Position numbers and translations under genes: made by a program. A stretch of 64,000 nt of DNA from a phage. Below are positions 21,244-29,801 of the stretch, piece after piece (position 1 is the stretch's first letter; every line of letters starts with the position of its first letter). Where the stretch lies: sequence record MZ956763.1. One strand, 5' to 3'. The notes below the pieces were generated by a model. That model did not search any database and was not told where the DNA came from. It was given only the letters and a program-made list of their open reading frames with translations.

Positions 21244-21347
21244 TGGATGTTAGACATGGCAGAGAGTATTATTGGGTTGTTCATAGGTTCTGTCTTACTA
21301 GGGTTCTTTTTAGGGCTTTCTTATTGTGAATTGAGAGATAAGTTAAA

Positions 21348-21548
21348 ATGTTTAAAATATCAAAAACGTTGATATACATACTCCACATTCTAATCTTCTT
21401 CTTTGGGGTTAGTGTTATGGTATGGGGTTTTTCAGACCCACAATGGAGTTTATCATATCATGGACAAATGGATTTATGGTCATGCTTCAAACCATTTTTA
21501 GGGTTAGCTATAGCATTCAGTGCATTACCAACTAGGGTGAAATTATGA
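21348..21548 (+). CDS. hypothetical small membrane protein
   Basis: 66 aa hydrophobic ORF. Confidence 0.35.
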   Translation: MFKISKTLIYILHILIFFFGVSVMVWGFSDPQWSLSYHGQMDLWSCFKPFLGLAIAFSALPTRVKL

Positions 21549-21940
21549 TTAAGTTGAACCAAAAACAGTTAGAGTGGGTTAAAGACTACGCCTCAGAGTG
21601 TGGCTCTTGCGAAAAGAATCACGTAAAATACTCAACATTCCATACAGTCTTCACATTGTACATCAGCGACAATGTTCTAAGTGATTCCGTAGAAGACGGT
21701 GTAGCATTGCCTAATGAGTTACTTGATAAATTAGCTGTAGTCACTGGAACTTGGTCTGAAGAAGATGGTCATGAATTATCTGACGATGTTGTCTTCTACA
21801 GTCTTGAAAATATTATGAATCCAGAGTACATTATGCTAATGACTTGTGCACAAGACTGTGTGCCATTACAAAACTTCATTAAAGAGCACTGTGAAGAATT
21901 TATTACTAAACAGGTTCCTTGTCAGGTGGTGTTTGAATGA
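21545..21940 (+). CDS. hypothetical protein
   Basis: 131 aa ORF, Cys-rich. Confidence 0.45.
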   Translation: MIKLNQKQLEWVKDYASECGSCEKNHVKYSTFHTVFTLYISDNVLSDSVEDGVALPNELLDKLAVVTGTWSEEDGHELSDDVVFYSLENIMNPEYIMLMTCAQDCVPLQNFIKEHCEEFITKQVPCQVVFE

Positions 21941-22236
21941 GTAAAACAATTCGAAGAAAAGGTTTAAAGAACGTTCATGGACTCTATGAGTGGAGAAATG
22001 AGGTACGTAACAGAGAAAATGCTTCAGATGTCTACTTCCATTCTGATATGATGTCCAGAAAAGGTGGCTCTTATGACTTTACAAGCCAGCCTTGTAGAGA
22101 GATTAAGAAGGCTACTAAACGTCTTACAAGAACACAAATAAGGCAGCTTTCTAAGACATCCTTCTTAGATGAAGACTTTGACATTGATAGCAAGTCTCCA
22201 AAGAAAGCCGCTAATAGCACTTATATGTATTGGTGA
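21937..22236 (+). CDS. hypothetical protein
   Basis: 99 aa ORF. Confidence 0.45.
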   Translation: MSKTIRRKGLKNVHGLYEWRNEVRNRENASDVYFHSDMMSRKGGSYDFTSQPCREIKKATKRLTRTQIRQLSKTSFLDEDFDIDSKSPKKAANSTYMYW

Positions 22237-22245
22237 GGTAACTAG

Positions 22246-22731
22246 ATGAATTACATGGAGATTCGACCATTTGACACAGCTAATGGTGAAGGGGTTCGTG
22301 TGAGCCTCTTCGTAGCTGGCTGTAAACATCACTGTGAAGGCTGCTTTAACAGGGAGTCTTGGAAGTTTAATGCTGGTAAAGAGTTTACCTATGCAAACCT
22401 CTACGGCATCATTAAGCTAATGGATGATAATGCTATCAGTGGACTGTCAATACTTGGTGGGGAGCCTCTTGATGATAGAAACATTCAAGAGGTCACCAAC
22501 ATATGTAAACGTATTAAAACTGTTTACCCAGAAAAATCTATCTGGCTCTGGACAGGTTTTCAGTTACACGAAAAAATTCACCTAGATGTGATGAAATATG
22601 TTGACGTGGTGATTGATGGTAAGTATGATTCTTCTAAACCAACAGTTAAACCATATCGTGGTTCTGATAACCAAAACCTCTGGAGGAAAGAGTATGGGTG
22701 GCAAGGCGATTGTCAATGGCGAGCAGAATGA
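22246..22731 (+). CDS. nrdG: anaerobic RNR activating protein (radical SAM)
   Basis: 161 aa; CKHHCEGC (CxxxCxxC) near N-terminus. Confidence 0.8.
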   Translation: MNYMEIRPFDTANGEGVRVSLFVAGCKHHCEGCFNRESWKFNAGKEFTYANLYGIIKLMDDNAISGLSILGGEPLDDRNIQEVTNICKRIKTVYPEKSIWLWTGFQLHEKIHLDVMKYVDVVIDGKYDSSKPTVKPYRGSDNQNLWRKEYGWQGDCQWRAE

Positions 22732-22969
22732 TTATTCTGGTAAGTGGACTTACGACATCAACAAGTTAGATGCTTGGATGGTTTATACGAGAGAAAAATT
22801 TGGTTCACGTTCATTATGTGCTCTTGCAACGATTGTAAAGAATGTCACGTTTGTCATTCATGAATCAGATAAATTTGGAGACTTCTACAGGATTCAAAAC
22901 ATCAGAGAAGGTGTAACTCCAATTGGTATCACTGAAGAAGAACTTCATAAGTTCTGTATTAAACTTTAA
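22694..22969 (+). CDS. hypothetical protein
   Basis: internal ATG with GGAGGAAAG SD chosen; overlaps nrdG 3' end. Confidence 0.35.
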   Translation: MGGKAIVNGEQNDYSGKWTYDINKLDAWMVYTREKFGSRSLCALATIVKNVTFVIHESDKFGDFYRIQNIREGVTPIGITEEELHKFCIKL

Positions 22970-22984
22970 TGAGAGAGACTAAAA

Positions 22985-23251
22985 ATGGGAATTTTAGGTA
23001 ATATGAAGGCTGGCTTCTTGAAGGCACTAACAAAAGCAGCAGCAGTCATTTCTATGACTGGAAAGCAGGTTGGTGTAGATGCTTCAGCAGTTGCACAAGT
23101 TCTTGCAAGCCAAATTGAACAACAGCCTTACATCCACGTAGGACGTGGAAAAGGTGGTAAAAAACAAGCACATCGACCAACTGGTGCAGCAGCAATTAAA
23201 CGTGCAGCTAAGAAAGCTCGTAACCGTAAACGTAACAAGAAGGCTAAATAA
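22985..23251 (+). CDS. hypothetical highly basic protein
   Basis: 88 aa; C-terminal RAAKKARNRKRNKKAK. Confidence 0.45.
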   Translation: MGILGNMKAGFLKALTKAAAVISMTGKQVGVDASAVAQVLASQIEQQPYIHVGRGKGGKKQAHRPTGAAAIKRAAKKARNRKRNKKAK

Positions 23252-23253
23252 TC

Positions 23254-23574
23254 ATGAGCAAAGTTTATAACACTCGTAAATTACAGATTTTCGTACTGTG
23301 CCAATTTATGGCTAAAGAGTATAACTACTACTACTGCGGTACAGGGTTCATTAGCGATGATGACGGCTCATATCTACCATTCAAAGAGGCTGTAAAACTC
23401 TTCAATGAAGAGGAAAGCTCTAAGAAAGATATTGAAAAGGTCAAGCTAACCTACAGCAAGAAAGATAAGAAGATTATCTGCCTAGATAACTTTGTAAAAG
23501 TTACTGGAGAAGCAAAAGAGTTTATGGATGAGAGTGAAATCTCGTTCACAAGCATCTTGAAAGTAGCCCAGTAA
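23254..23574 (+). CDS. hypothetical protein
   Basis: 106 aa ORF followed by terminator. Confidence 0.45.
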   Translation: MSKVYNTRKLQIFVLCQFMAKEYNYYYCGTGFISDDDGSYLPFKEAVKLFNEEESSKKDIEKVKLTYSKKDKKIICLDNFVKVTGEAKEFMDESEISFTSILKVAQ

Positions 23575-23625
23575 ACAGATACTATAAGGGGACTGTAAAG
23601 GTTCCCTTTTTATTTTGGAGATAAT

Positions 23626-24141
23626 ATGTATCTGTCAAACCTGAAACGTTCGGCTGCAATGTCAGTTCTAAGACTAAGCTTTGAGGAACGTCAAGAGTTC
23701 ATTGACTCCCACCAATACGACCCTTCTAACTCAAATCACATGATTCTCTGGAATCGCGACAGTACTCGTGAAAGAGCACTATTCCGCTATTATCCACATT
23801 ACACCATAGATAACCTGTATGAATGTTTTGTTGTTAAGAACACCATTGCAGTGCTCAATAAGCTTTGTAGGTACACAGGTAACCAGTCCTTCACATTAGG
23901 TCACCACAAGCCTGTTACAAAAGGTGGCGAGCATCACTGTGCAAACTGGTTTATCCAAACTAAAGCCGATAACCAGAAGCAAGGAGATAGTCTTCTAAGC
24001 ATCCCTAAGATGACCTACGAAGAGCAAGAGAAATATATCAAAAATAATATGCCAGATGTGCTTGACAACAACTATACAGATTTGGCAATATCTCTCCTGT
24101 TGAAGTTTGAGACAGTTTATAGGGCAACTTACAATGGCTAA
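23626..24141 (+). CDS. putative HNH endonuclease
   Basis: GHHKPVTKGGEHHCANW...N pattern resembles HNH core. Confidence 0.45.
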   Translation: MYLSNLKRSAAMSVLRLSFEERQEFIDSHQYDPSNSNHMILWNRDSTRERALFRYYPHYTIDNLYECFVVKNTIAVLNKLCRYTGNQSFTLGHHKPVTKGGEHHCANWFIQTKADNQKQGDSLLSIPKMTYEEQEKYIKNNMPDVLDNNYTDLAISLLLKFETVYRATYNG

Positions 24142-24412
24142 AGAGAAGTGGGAGATTTTACCACTAGTCAGTGAGGGTGGCAATGGTTGTGAAATGTACA
24201 TGATACGAGGTCATGTTCCAGAACCAATTGCACTTGAGATGGTAAACAATTTTACAGATGGCTCTTACAAAGACTTAGGAGAACCAACTGTCAAGCAACA
24301 ATGGGTTAAACCTGTACCAGACAGCACAGGTAACTGTAGTGTACTTTATCACGTTGTAGACCCTGCAAAATGCAAATCTGCAATGGCAGTAACAAACGTA
24401 ACTTTTGATTGA
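24134..24412 (+). CDS. hypothetical protein
   Basis: ORF, start at internal ATG (MAKEKW). Confidence 0.4.
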   Translation: MAKEKWEILPLVSEGGNGCEMYMIRGHVPEPIALEMVNNFTDGSYKDLGEPTVKQQWVKPVPDSTGNCSVLYHVVDPAKCKSAMAVTNVTFD

Positions 24413-24421
24413 GAGAAAATT

Positions 24422-24877
24422 ATGATTTTTTGCAGCTTCCAAAAAAGAATTATTGAGATTCTATACAATAAGTTTGGGACAGATAACACATTTGACTCAA
24501 ATGAAGCTATCGAAGCCCTACAAGAAGGAAGTGATTACATCAAAAAACAGCCAATAGCCAACATCAGATACTACTTGACTCAGATGAGAAAGTGGGGTGT
24601 GCTCATCGTGGTAGGACAGATTAAGCAACAAGGGAGGATGCTCATCAACCAATTAAATAGAGGTTTTATTGAGAAGCACATTCAGCTAGACTATTTACTT
24701 AAAGAGCCACGAAATCAACGTGAAGAGCAGCAAAAAGACTTAAGTGATGGTGTAGGTGTGTCTCCAGACATAAAATTCTTTATTGGTGAGTTGATGTTTG
24801 ATACACTCCAAGATGCTGTTGAACACTGCAAAAAGTATATTATCAAAGTAAAACGTGCAAAAATTATTTGGGAGTAA
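24422..24877 (+). CDS. paralog family member A1 (unknown function)
   Basis: 151 aa; shares IEILY..FG.D.TF.S.EAI and C-terminal EHCKK.IIKVKRAKIIWE with three downstream genes. Confidence 0.6.
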   Translation: MIFCSFQKRIIEILYNKFGTDNTFDSNEAIEALQEGSDYIKKQPIANIRYYLTQMRKWGVLIVVGQIKQQGRMLINQLNRGFIEKHIQLDYLLKEPRNQREEQQKDLSDGVGVSPDIKFFIGELMFDTLQDAVEHCKKYIIKVKRAKIIWE

Positions 24878-24881
24878 TAAC

Positions 24882-25277
24882 ATGTTTGAGCTTCTGAAGG
24901 TTCTGTATATAAATTTTGGCTATGATAAAACATTTTCTGGCTCACAGCTAACTAAGGTTTTTAATAAATATCTACCACATGCTTCAATCAGGGATAAAGC
25001 TAATTGGTCTCACAGATTACGTAAAAGTGGGTATATTAGCGTTGTTGGAGCGACAGGCTTTAATAATGAGTATCTTATGAGAATCAATGAAAGCAAAGCT
25101 AAAAAGGTGCTTTTAAATTGTAATAACCATCAACAAAAGGATGAAGAGGTTAGTGTAGGTGAAGTAGGGTACTTCATAGGTGACATACACTTTACCAGTA
25201 TGGAGGCAGCAGTTGAGCATTGTAAGAGAACGGTTATCCAAACAAAAAGAAAGCGTATTGTTTGGGAAGAAGTTTAA
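24882..25277 (+). CDS. paralog family member B1 (unknown function)
   Basis: start at ATG after upstream stop; LLKVLY..FGYDKTF and C-terminal AVEHCKRTVIQTKRKRIVWE. Confidence 0.55.
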   Translation: MFELLKVLYINFGYDKTFSGSQLTKVFNKYLPHASIRDKANWSHRLRKSGYISVVGATGFNNEYLMRINESKAKKVLLNCNNHQQKDEEVSVGEVGYFIGDIHFTSMEAAVEHCKRTVIQTKRKRIVWEEV

Positions 25278-25298
25278 ACATTTGATTAGGAATACACT

Positions 25299-25763
25299 AT
25301 GATTTTTTGCAATTTACAGAAGCACGTAATAGAGATTTTATACAAAACCTTCGGGACAGAAAACACTTTTGACTCTAATGAAGCAATTGACGCATTAAGA
25401 GAGAATAGCCTCTTTATACGAGGCCAGTCAATCAGTAATACCCGTGGGTATCTAACAATGTTAAGACAGTCTGGTGTACTACTGACTGTAGGGCAGGTAA
25501 AAAGCAAAGGTAGACTAAGTATTAATCAATTAAATCGAGCCTTTATGGAGAAGCATATACAACTGTCAAGGATGCTAGATAATACGCGTGAAGAGTTGGG
25601 GAGTTCACAAAAAGCAAGTTCATCTGATGTTAAAGATGTGGATGTACAACCTGATGTAAGATACTTTATTGCTGATGTTATGTTTAAAACACTCGATGAA
25701 GCTATTGAGCACTGCAAAAAGCACCTTATTAAAGTTAAACATGCAAAAGTTATTTGGGAGTGA
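25299..25763 (+). CDS. paralog family member A2 (unknown function)
   Basis: 154 aa; roughly half of positions identical to 24422..24877 by eye. Confidence 0.6.
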   Translation: MIFCNLQKHVIEILYKTFGTENTFDSNEAIDALRENSLFIRGQSISNTRGYLTMLRQSGVLLTVGQVKSKGRLSINQLNRAFMEKHIQLSRMLDNTREELGSSQKASSSDVKDVDVQPDVRYFIADVMFKTLDEAIEHCKKHLIKVKHAKVIWE

Positions 25764-25767
25764 TGCT

Positions 25768-26148
25768 ATGATTGAACTGTTAAAAGTCCTATATAATGAG
25801 TTTGGTTATGATAAAACTTTTACTTGTTCACAGATACGTAGTATCCATGATAAGGAATTTCCAAATGTATCCAAGACAAACAAGTCAACTCGGTTCAATC
25901 GTCTTCGCCAGAGAGGTTACATTAAAATAGTTGGATACAAGAATAACTCTTTCGAGTATGTAATGCAGATTAACAGAGAAGTTTCAAGTAAAATACTTGA
26001 AGAGCCAACAGCCGAAGAACAAAAGATACAAGATGGTGAAGTTCGCTTCTTTGTGGAGAAGGAAAGTTTTGGGTCAATAGATGAAGCTATCGAATATTGT
26101 AAAAAGAACATTATCCAGATAAAGCGTAGAAAGGTTATTTGGGAATAA
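25768..26148 (+). CDS. paralog family member B2 (unknown function)
   Basis: start at ATG after upstream stop; MIELLKVLYNEFGYDKTF and C-terminal AIEYCKKNIIQIKRRKVIWE. Confidence 0.55.
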   Translation: MIELLKVLYNEFGYDKTFTCSQIRSIHDKEFPNVSKTNKSTRFNRLRQRGYIKIVGYKNNSFEYVMQINREVSSKILEEPTAEEQKIQDGEVRFFVEKESFGSIDEAIEYCKKNIIQIKRRKVIWE

Positions 26149-26165
26149 AGAGAGAGAGAGAAACT

Positions 26166-27047
26166 ATGAAAACATCTATCCGTGTTACAGTTCATTCACC
26201 GACTAAAGGGACTCACGAAGAAGAGTTTAACATTATCCAATTCCCTTCTGGTGAGATTGGTGGACACTTTTCACAAGAGCTTGTTGATTTCACTGCTTAT
26301 GCAGCATCATCTATCAACAATGTAATCATGATTGTGAAAGGTTATGATAAGGACACATTGTTTGCTGTGGCACTCGCTAAAGAAGCAATTGATGATTTAA
26401 TTCCTCATGATTATGCCTTAAAGACTGTCATCTTTTACTACTTACCAAATGCACGATATGACCGTCACATGTTTAAAGGTGATGCAGCAGCTTTGAAGGT
26501 TTTTGCTAAACAGGTTAATGCAATGGGGTTTGGTGCAGTCTGTGCAGTTGACCCTCACAGCTATGTACCAGATAACCTGTTTAACTGCTTCCAAAGTATT
26601 CCTCAAAATGAAATTGCAGTCCACTATGCAAATGACCCACTGGTTGATTACTTAGTAGCCCCAGATGCAGGTGCTGCTAAGAAGATTGCAGAGACTGCTA
26701 AAGAGGTGGATAAACCATATATCACAATGTCTAAGGTGCGCAACCTTAAGACTGGCGAAATTACTGGTATGCGAATCCTTGATGATGTTGATTTGACAGA
26801 TAAAACCGTCATGATTCTGGACGATATCTGTGATGGCGGTCGAACATTCATAGAAGCAGCTAAACATCTTCGTGAAGCAGGTGCAAAACGTGTGGAACTC
26901 TATGTAACACATGGTATCTTTTCTAAAGGTGTTGAAAACCTTCTTGACAATGGTATTGACCACATCTACACTACAAACTCTTTAGGGGAAGCTAAAGACC
27001 GTGGTTTAACACATTATGGTCAAGTTACTGTAGCAAACCTTGATTAA
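26166..27047 (+). CDS. ribose-phosphate pyrophosphokinase-like protein (PRPP synthetase family; candidate Adps of NARP1)
   Basis: PRTase-type motif VMILDDICDGGRTF; about 295 aa. Confidence 0.7.
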   Translation: MKTSIRVTVHSPTKGTHEEEFNIIQFPSGEIGGHFSQELVDFTAYAASSINNVIMIVKGYDKDTLFAVALAKEAIDDLIPHDYALKTVIFYYLPNARYDRHMFKGDAAALKVFAKQVNAMGFGAVCAVDPHSYVPDNLFNCFQSIPQNEIAVHYANDPLVDYLVAPDAGAAKKIAETAKEVDKPYITMSKVRNLKTGEITGMRILDDVDLTDKTVMILDDICDGGRTFIEAAKHLREAGAKRVELYVTHGIFSKGVENLLDNGIDHIYTTNSLGEAKDRGLTHYGQVTVANLD

Positions 27048-27093
27048 AACTTTATAGGGGGCTTTTAAGCCCCATTTTGAGAGAGATTAAAAG

Positions 27094-28875
27094 ATGACTA
27101 AATCACTTTATGCAGTACCAGCAGGTTTAAACGCAGATGCTTACAAATCTGGTCATGTTTACCAGTACCCTAGTGCAACAGATTACTTGATGTTTAACCT
27201 GACACCACGTAGTGATAAATGGTTTAACAGCCCTTTAGCAATTGATGGTGTAGTAGCTTTTGGTATTCAACGTTTTGTTAAAGATTACTTGATAGACCAC
27301 TGGAACGCCACCTTCTTTGAACGTGACAAAAAAGAAGCAATTGACGAAATCTTAGAAGTCATGAACGGTGTTCTGGGTAAAGATGCTATTGGTCGAGAAC
27401 ATTGGGAAGCACTTCACGACTTAGGTTATCTACCAGTTGAGGTATACGCTGTAGAAGAAGGTACAGTTGTCCCTATGCGTGTTCCAATGATTGTATTCCA
27501 GAACACTGTTTCAGGTTTCCATTGGGTAGCGGGATATCTGGAAGATGCTTTCTCTGCTGAGATTTGGAAGGCTTGTACCATTGCAACTATTGCATTGCAC
27601 TACAAACGTATCTGTAAGAAGTGGTCTGACCTTACTTGTGACAATGACTTGCATTTACCTTATCAGTGCCATGACTTCGCTATGCGTGGTATGTCCGGCT
27701 TTACCGATGACGCATTTAACGCTGTAGGTCACTTAACCAGCTTTAAAGGGACTGATAGCTTCCCTGCTGTGTATACAGCTAAACGCATCTATGGGCAGTC
27801 CTATCCAATTTCAGATATTGGTGGCTCTGTACCAGCCACTGAACACTCTGTCATGTGTGCAAACATTGCTTGGGAAGGTGGGGATGAGTTGATTGAAGAA
27901 GAAAGACGCTTTAAAGGTGAGTTACAAACCTTCCGTCGTTTCTTAACAGAAACTTACCCAACTGGTATTGTAAGTATTGTTTCAGATACTTATAATTTCT
28001 GGAGAACTGTATCAGTGATACTACCAGAACTCCGTAAAGAGATTATGGAACGTGATGGCAAACTGGTAATTCGTCCTGACTCTGGAGACCCTGTACATAT
28101 TGTCACAGGTTATAAAGCAATACATTTAGAGTGTGCTAAAAAGGCTTATTACGAACACCTAAGCAAGCTGGAAGCCAGCGACACAATGTTGAATGCTGTT
28201 CTGAACATGAAGCTTGAAAACATTAGCTATGGTATTGCTGGGTGGCTACTGTCAGAAGGCTACGAAATGGTTGTTGACAGAGAAGACTTTGAAGTTGCTG
28301 ATACAGTGATGTTGAAAAACGCTTATATGGTTGGTTCTGCAAACGTTGTAACACGTCCTGTAGCAGAGATTGATGGAGCTATCAAGACACTGTATCACAT
28401 CTTTGGAGGAACTATCAACTCTAAAGGTTTTAAAGTACTGGATGAGCACATTGGCCTTATTTATGGTGACTCTATCACGTTGGAACGTGCAAACGAAATC
28501 CTGAAGCGTTTGTATGAAATGGGTTTTGCAAGCTCTAACGTAGTGTTTGGTGTAGGTTCTTACACTTACCAGTACATGACTCGTGACACCTTTGCATTTG
28601 CTGTCAAAGCAACTCTTGCAAGCATTGGTGGTAAAGAGATTATGCTTGCAAAAGACCCTAAAACAGATAGTGGTGTTAAGAAATCTGCCTTTGGTGGTGT
28701 AGCACCTATGTGGGATGGTGATAAGCTGAAAGCTGTAGATGGCTATGGATTCCAGAGTTTTGCAGATGTACTTGACCACCCAGCTTGTGCCTTACGTTTA
28801 GTCTTTAGTGACTCTGAGCAGTTCGGTTACACGACTCTTGGTGATATTCGAAATAATATTGACAAGCAGCTTTAA
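27094..28875 (+). CDS. nicotinamide phosphoribosyltransferase-like protein (NAMPT family; candidate Namat of NARP1)
   Basis: 593 aa; N-terminal LYAVPAGLNADAYKSGHVYQYP typical of NAMPT/NadV family. Confidence 0.75.
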   Translation: MTKSLYAVPAGLNADAYKSGHVYQYPSATDYLMFNLTPRSDKWFNSPLAIDGVVAFGIQRFVKDYLIDHWNATFFERDKKEAIDEILEVMNGVLGKDAIGREHWEALHDLGYLPVEVYAVEEGTVVPMRVPMIVFQNTVSGFHWVAGYLEDAFSAEIWKACTIATIALHYKRICKKWSDLTCDNDLHLPYQCHDFAMRGMSGFTDDAFNAVGHLTSFKGTDSFPAVYTAKRIYGQSYPISDIGGSVPATEHSVMCANIAWEGGDELIEEERRFKGELQTFRRFLTETYPTGIVSIVSDTYNFWRTVSVILPELRKEIMERDGKLVIRPDSGDPVHIVTGYKAIHLECAKKAYYEHLSKLEASDTMLNAVLNMKLENISYGIAGWLLSEGYEMVVDREDFEVADTVMLKNAYMVGSANVVTRPVAEIDGAIKTLYHIFGGTINSKGFKVLDEHIGLIYGDSITLERANEILKRLYEMGFASSNVVFGVGSYTYQYMTRDTFAFAVKATLASIGGKEIMLAKDPKTDSGVKKSAFGGVAPMWDGDKLKAVDGYGFQSFADVLDHPACALRLVFSDSEQFGYTTLGDIRNNIDKQL

Positions 28876-28888
28876 AAGTATATGATAA

Positions 28889-28912
28889 GAGGCTCCTACG
28901 GGAGCCTTTTTT
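28889..28912 (+). terminator. intrinsic terminator after NAMPT-like gene
   Basis: GAGGCTCCTACGGGAGCCTTTTTT. Confidence 0.6.
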
Positions 28913-28929
28913 AATTTCTGGAGAATGCT

Positions 28930-29274
28930 ATGGACAACCTTTCCATATGGTTTAACAAGAAACCTGTGCAACCGAAATACTTACAAGTTGCCTATACAGA
29001 CATCCTTGAAGTTCTCGGTAAAGAAAAGTTTGAAAAGTTTTGTGAAGGTATCTACAATCACCACTGCCAATTTGCTACAAAAGAGGGTATGTTTGTCATA
29101 GAACAGTTCTTTGGCAGAGACCAAGATGACTATGAAGAGATTAGCTTTGTAATGAAATACATGATAGAGTATATTGAAAATCGTGGATTCGAAGTTAATC
29201 CTGAATTTTATGAACATGAGGGTGTACCTTTAGCAAAAGGTTTCGATGGCATACTCGTTAACTGGACTTGGTGA
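28930..29274 (+). CDS. hypothetical protein
   Basis: 114 aa ORF after terminator. Confidence 0.45.
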   Translation: MDNLSIWFNKKPVQPKYLQVAYTDILEVLGKEKFEKFCEGIYNHHCQFATKEGMFVIEQFFGRDQDDYEEISFVMKYMIEYIENRGFEVNPEFYEHEGVPLAKGFDGILVNWTW

Positions 29275-29615
29275 AAATTATGAAAATCAAAGAGATGAAC
29301 ATCAACATTGTCTTAGAAGAACGTTGGGAGAACATTAAGAGAACTGAGGACGGTCATAAGTTCCTCAACAAAATCTTAGTAGCAGCTAAAGAAGAACTGA
29401 CTGGGAAGATTGCAGCAGCAATCACAATAAAGGTGTGTGTAAAAGGTCTTCCAGACAATCACCAATTTGCACTTGACGAGTTTAAAGAGAGCTTCTACAA
29501 TCCAAACAAACAGATGCTTGAAAGTAACTTTGCAGTGTCTACAAGTATCGTCCATGACAGAAGCTTTATCCTTTACAAGAATATGAGAGGTGAGCCATGC
29601 AAGCATATTGGATAG
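29268..29615 (+). CDS. hypothetical protein
   Basis: 115 aa ORF. Confidence 0.45.
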   Translation: MVKIMKIKEMNINIVLEERWENIKRTEDGHKFLNKILVAAKEELTGKIAAAITIKVCVKGLPDNHQFALDEFKESFYNPNKQMLESNFAVSTSIVHDRSFILYKNMRGEPCKHIG

Positions 29616-29773
29616 AAATTTTACTGTCACTTGGTAGTGTAGCAGTATTTGTATACCTTCTTTGCAAGTACTATGCAGAGCACAAAAAATGTGACTTCTG
29701 TGATGGAGAAGGGTACACAAGAGCAGGTTGTTGCCCTATGTGTGGTGGTTCTGGTAAAATGTTTAATAAGTAA
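29597..29773 (+). CDS. small membrane-anchored zinc-finger protein (58 aa)
   Basis: N-terminal TM-like segment then CDFCDGEGYTRAGCCPMCGGSG (DnaJ-type CxxCxGxG pair); below track cut-off. Confidence 0.35.
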   Translation: MQAYWIEILLSLGSVAVFVYLLCKYYAEHKKCDFCDGEGYTRAGCCPMCGGSGKMFNK

Positions 29774-29801
29774 TTTAACAGTAAACTAAGAGGAAAGTAT
29801 T

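Noticed and set aside
22613-22969. Track ORF start at 22613 overlapping nrdG by about 120 nt
   Set aside because: An internal ATG at 22694 with a GGAGGAAAG SD gives a more plausible short overlap; the upstream extension is probably not translated
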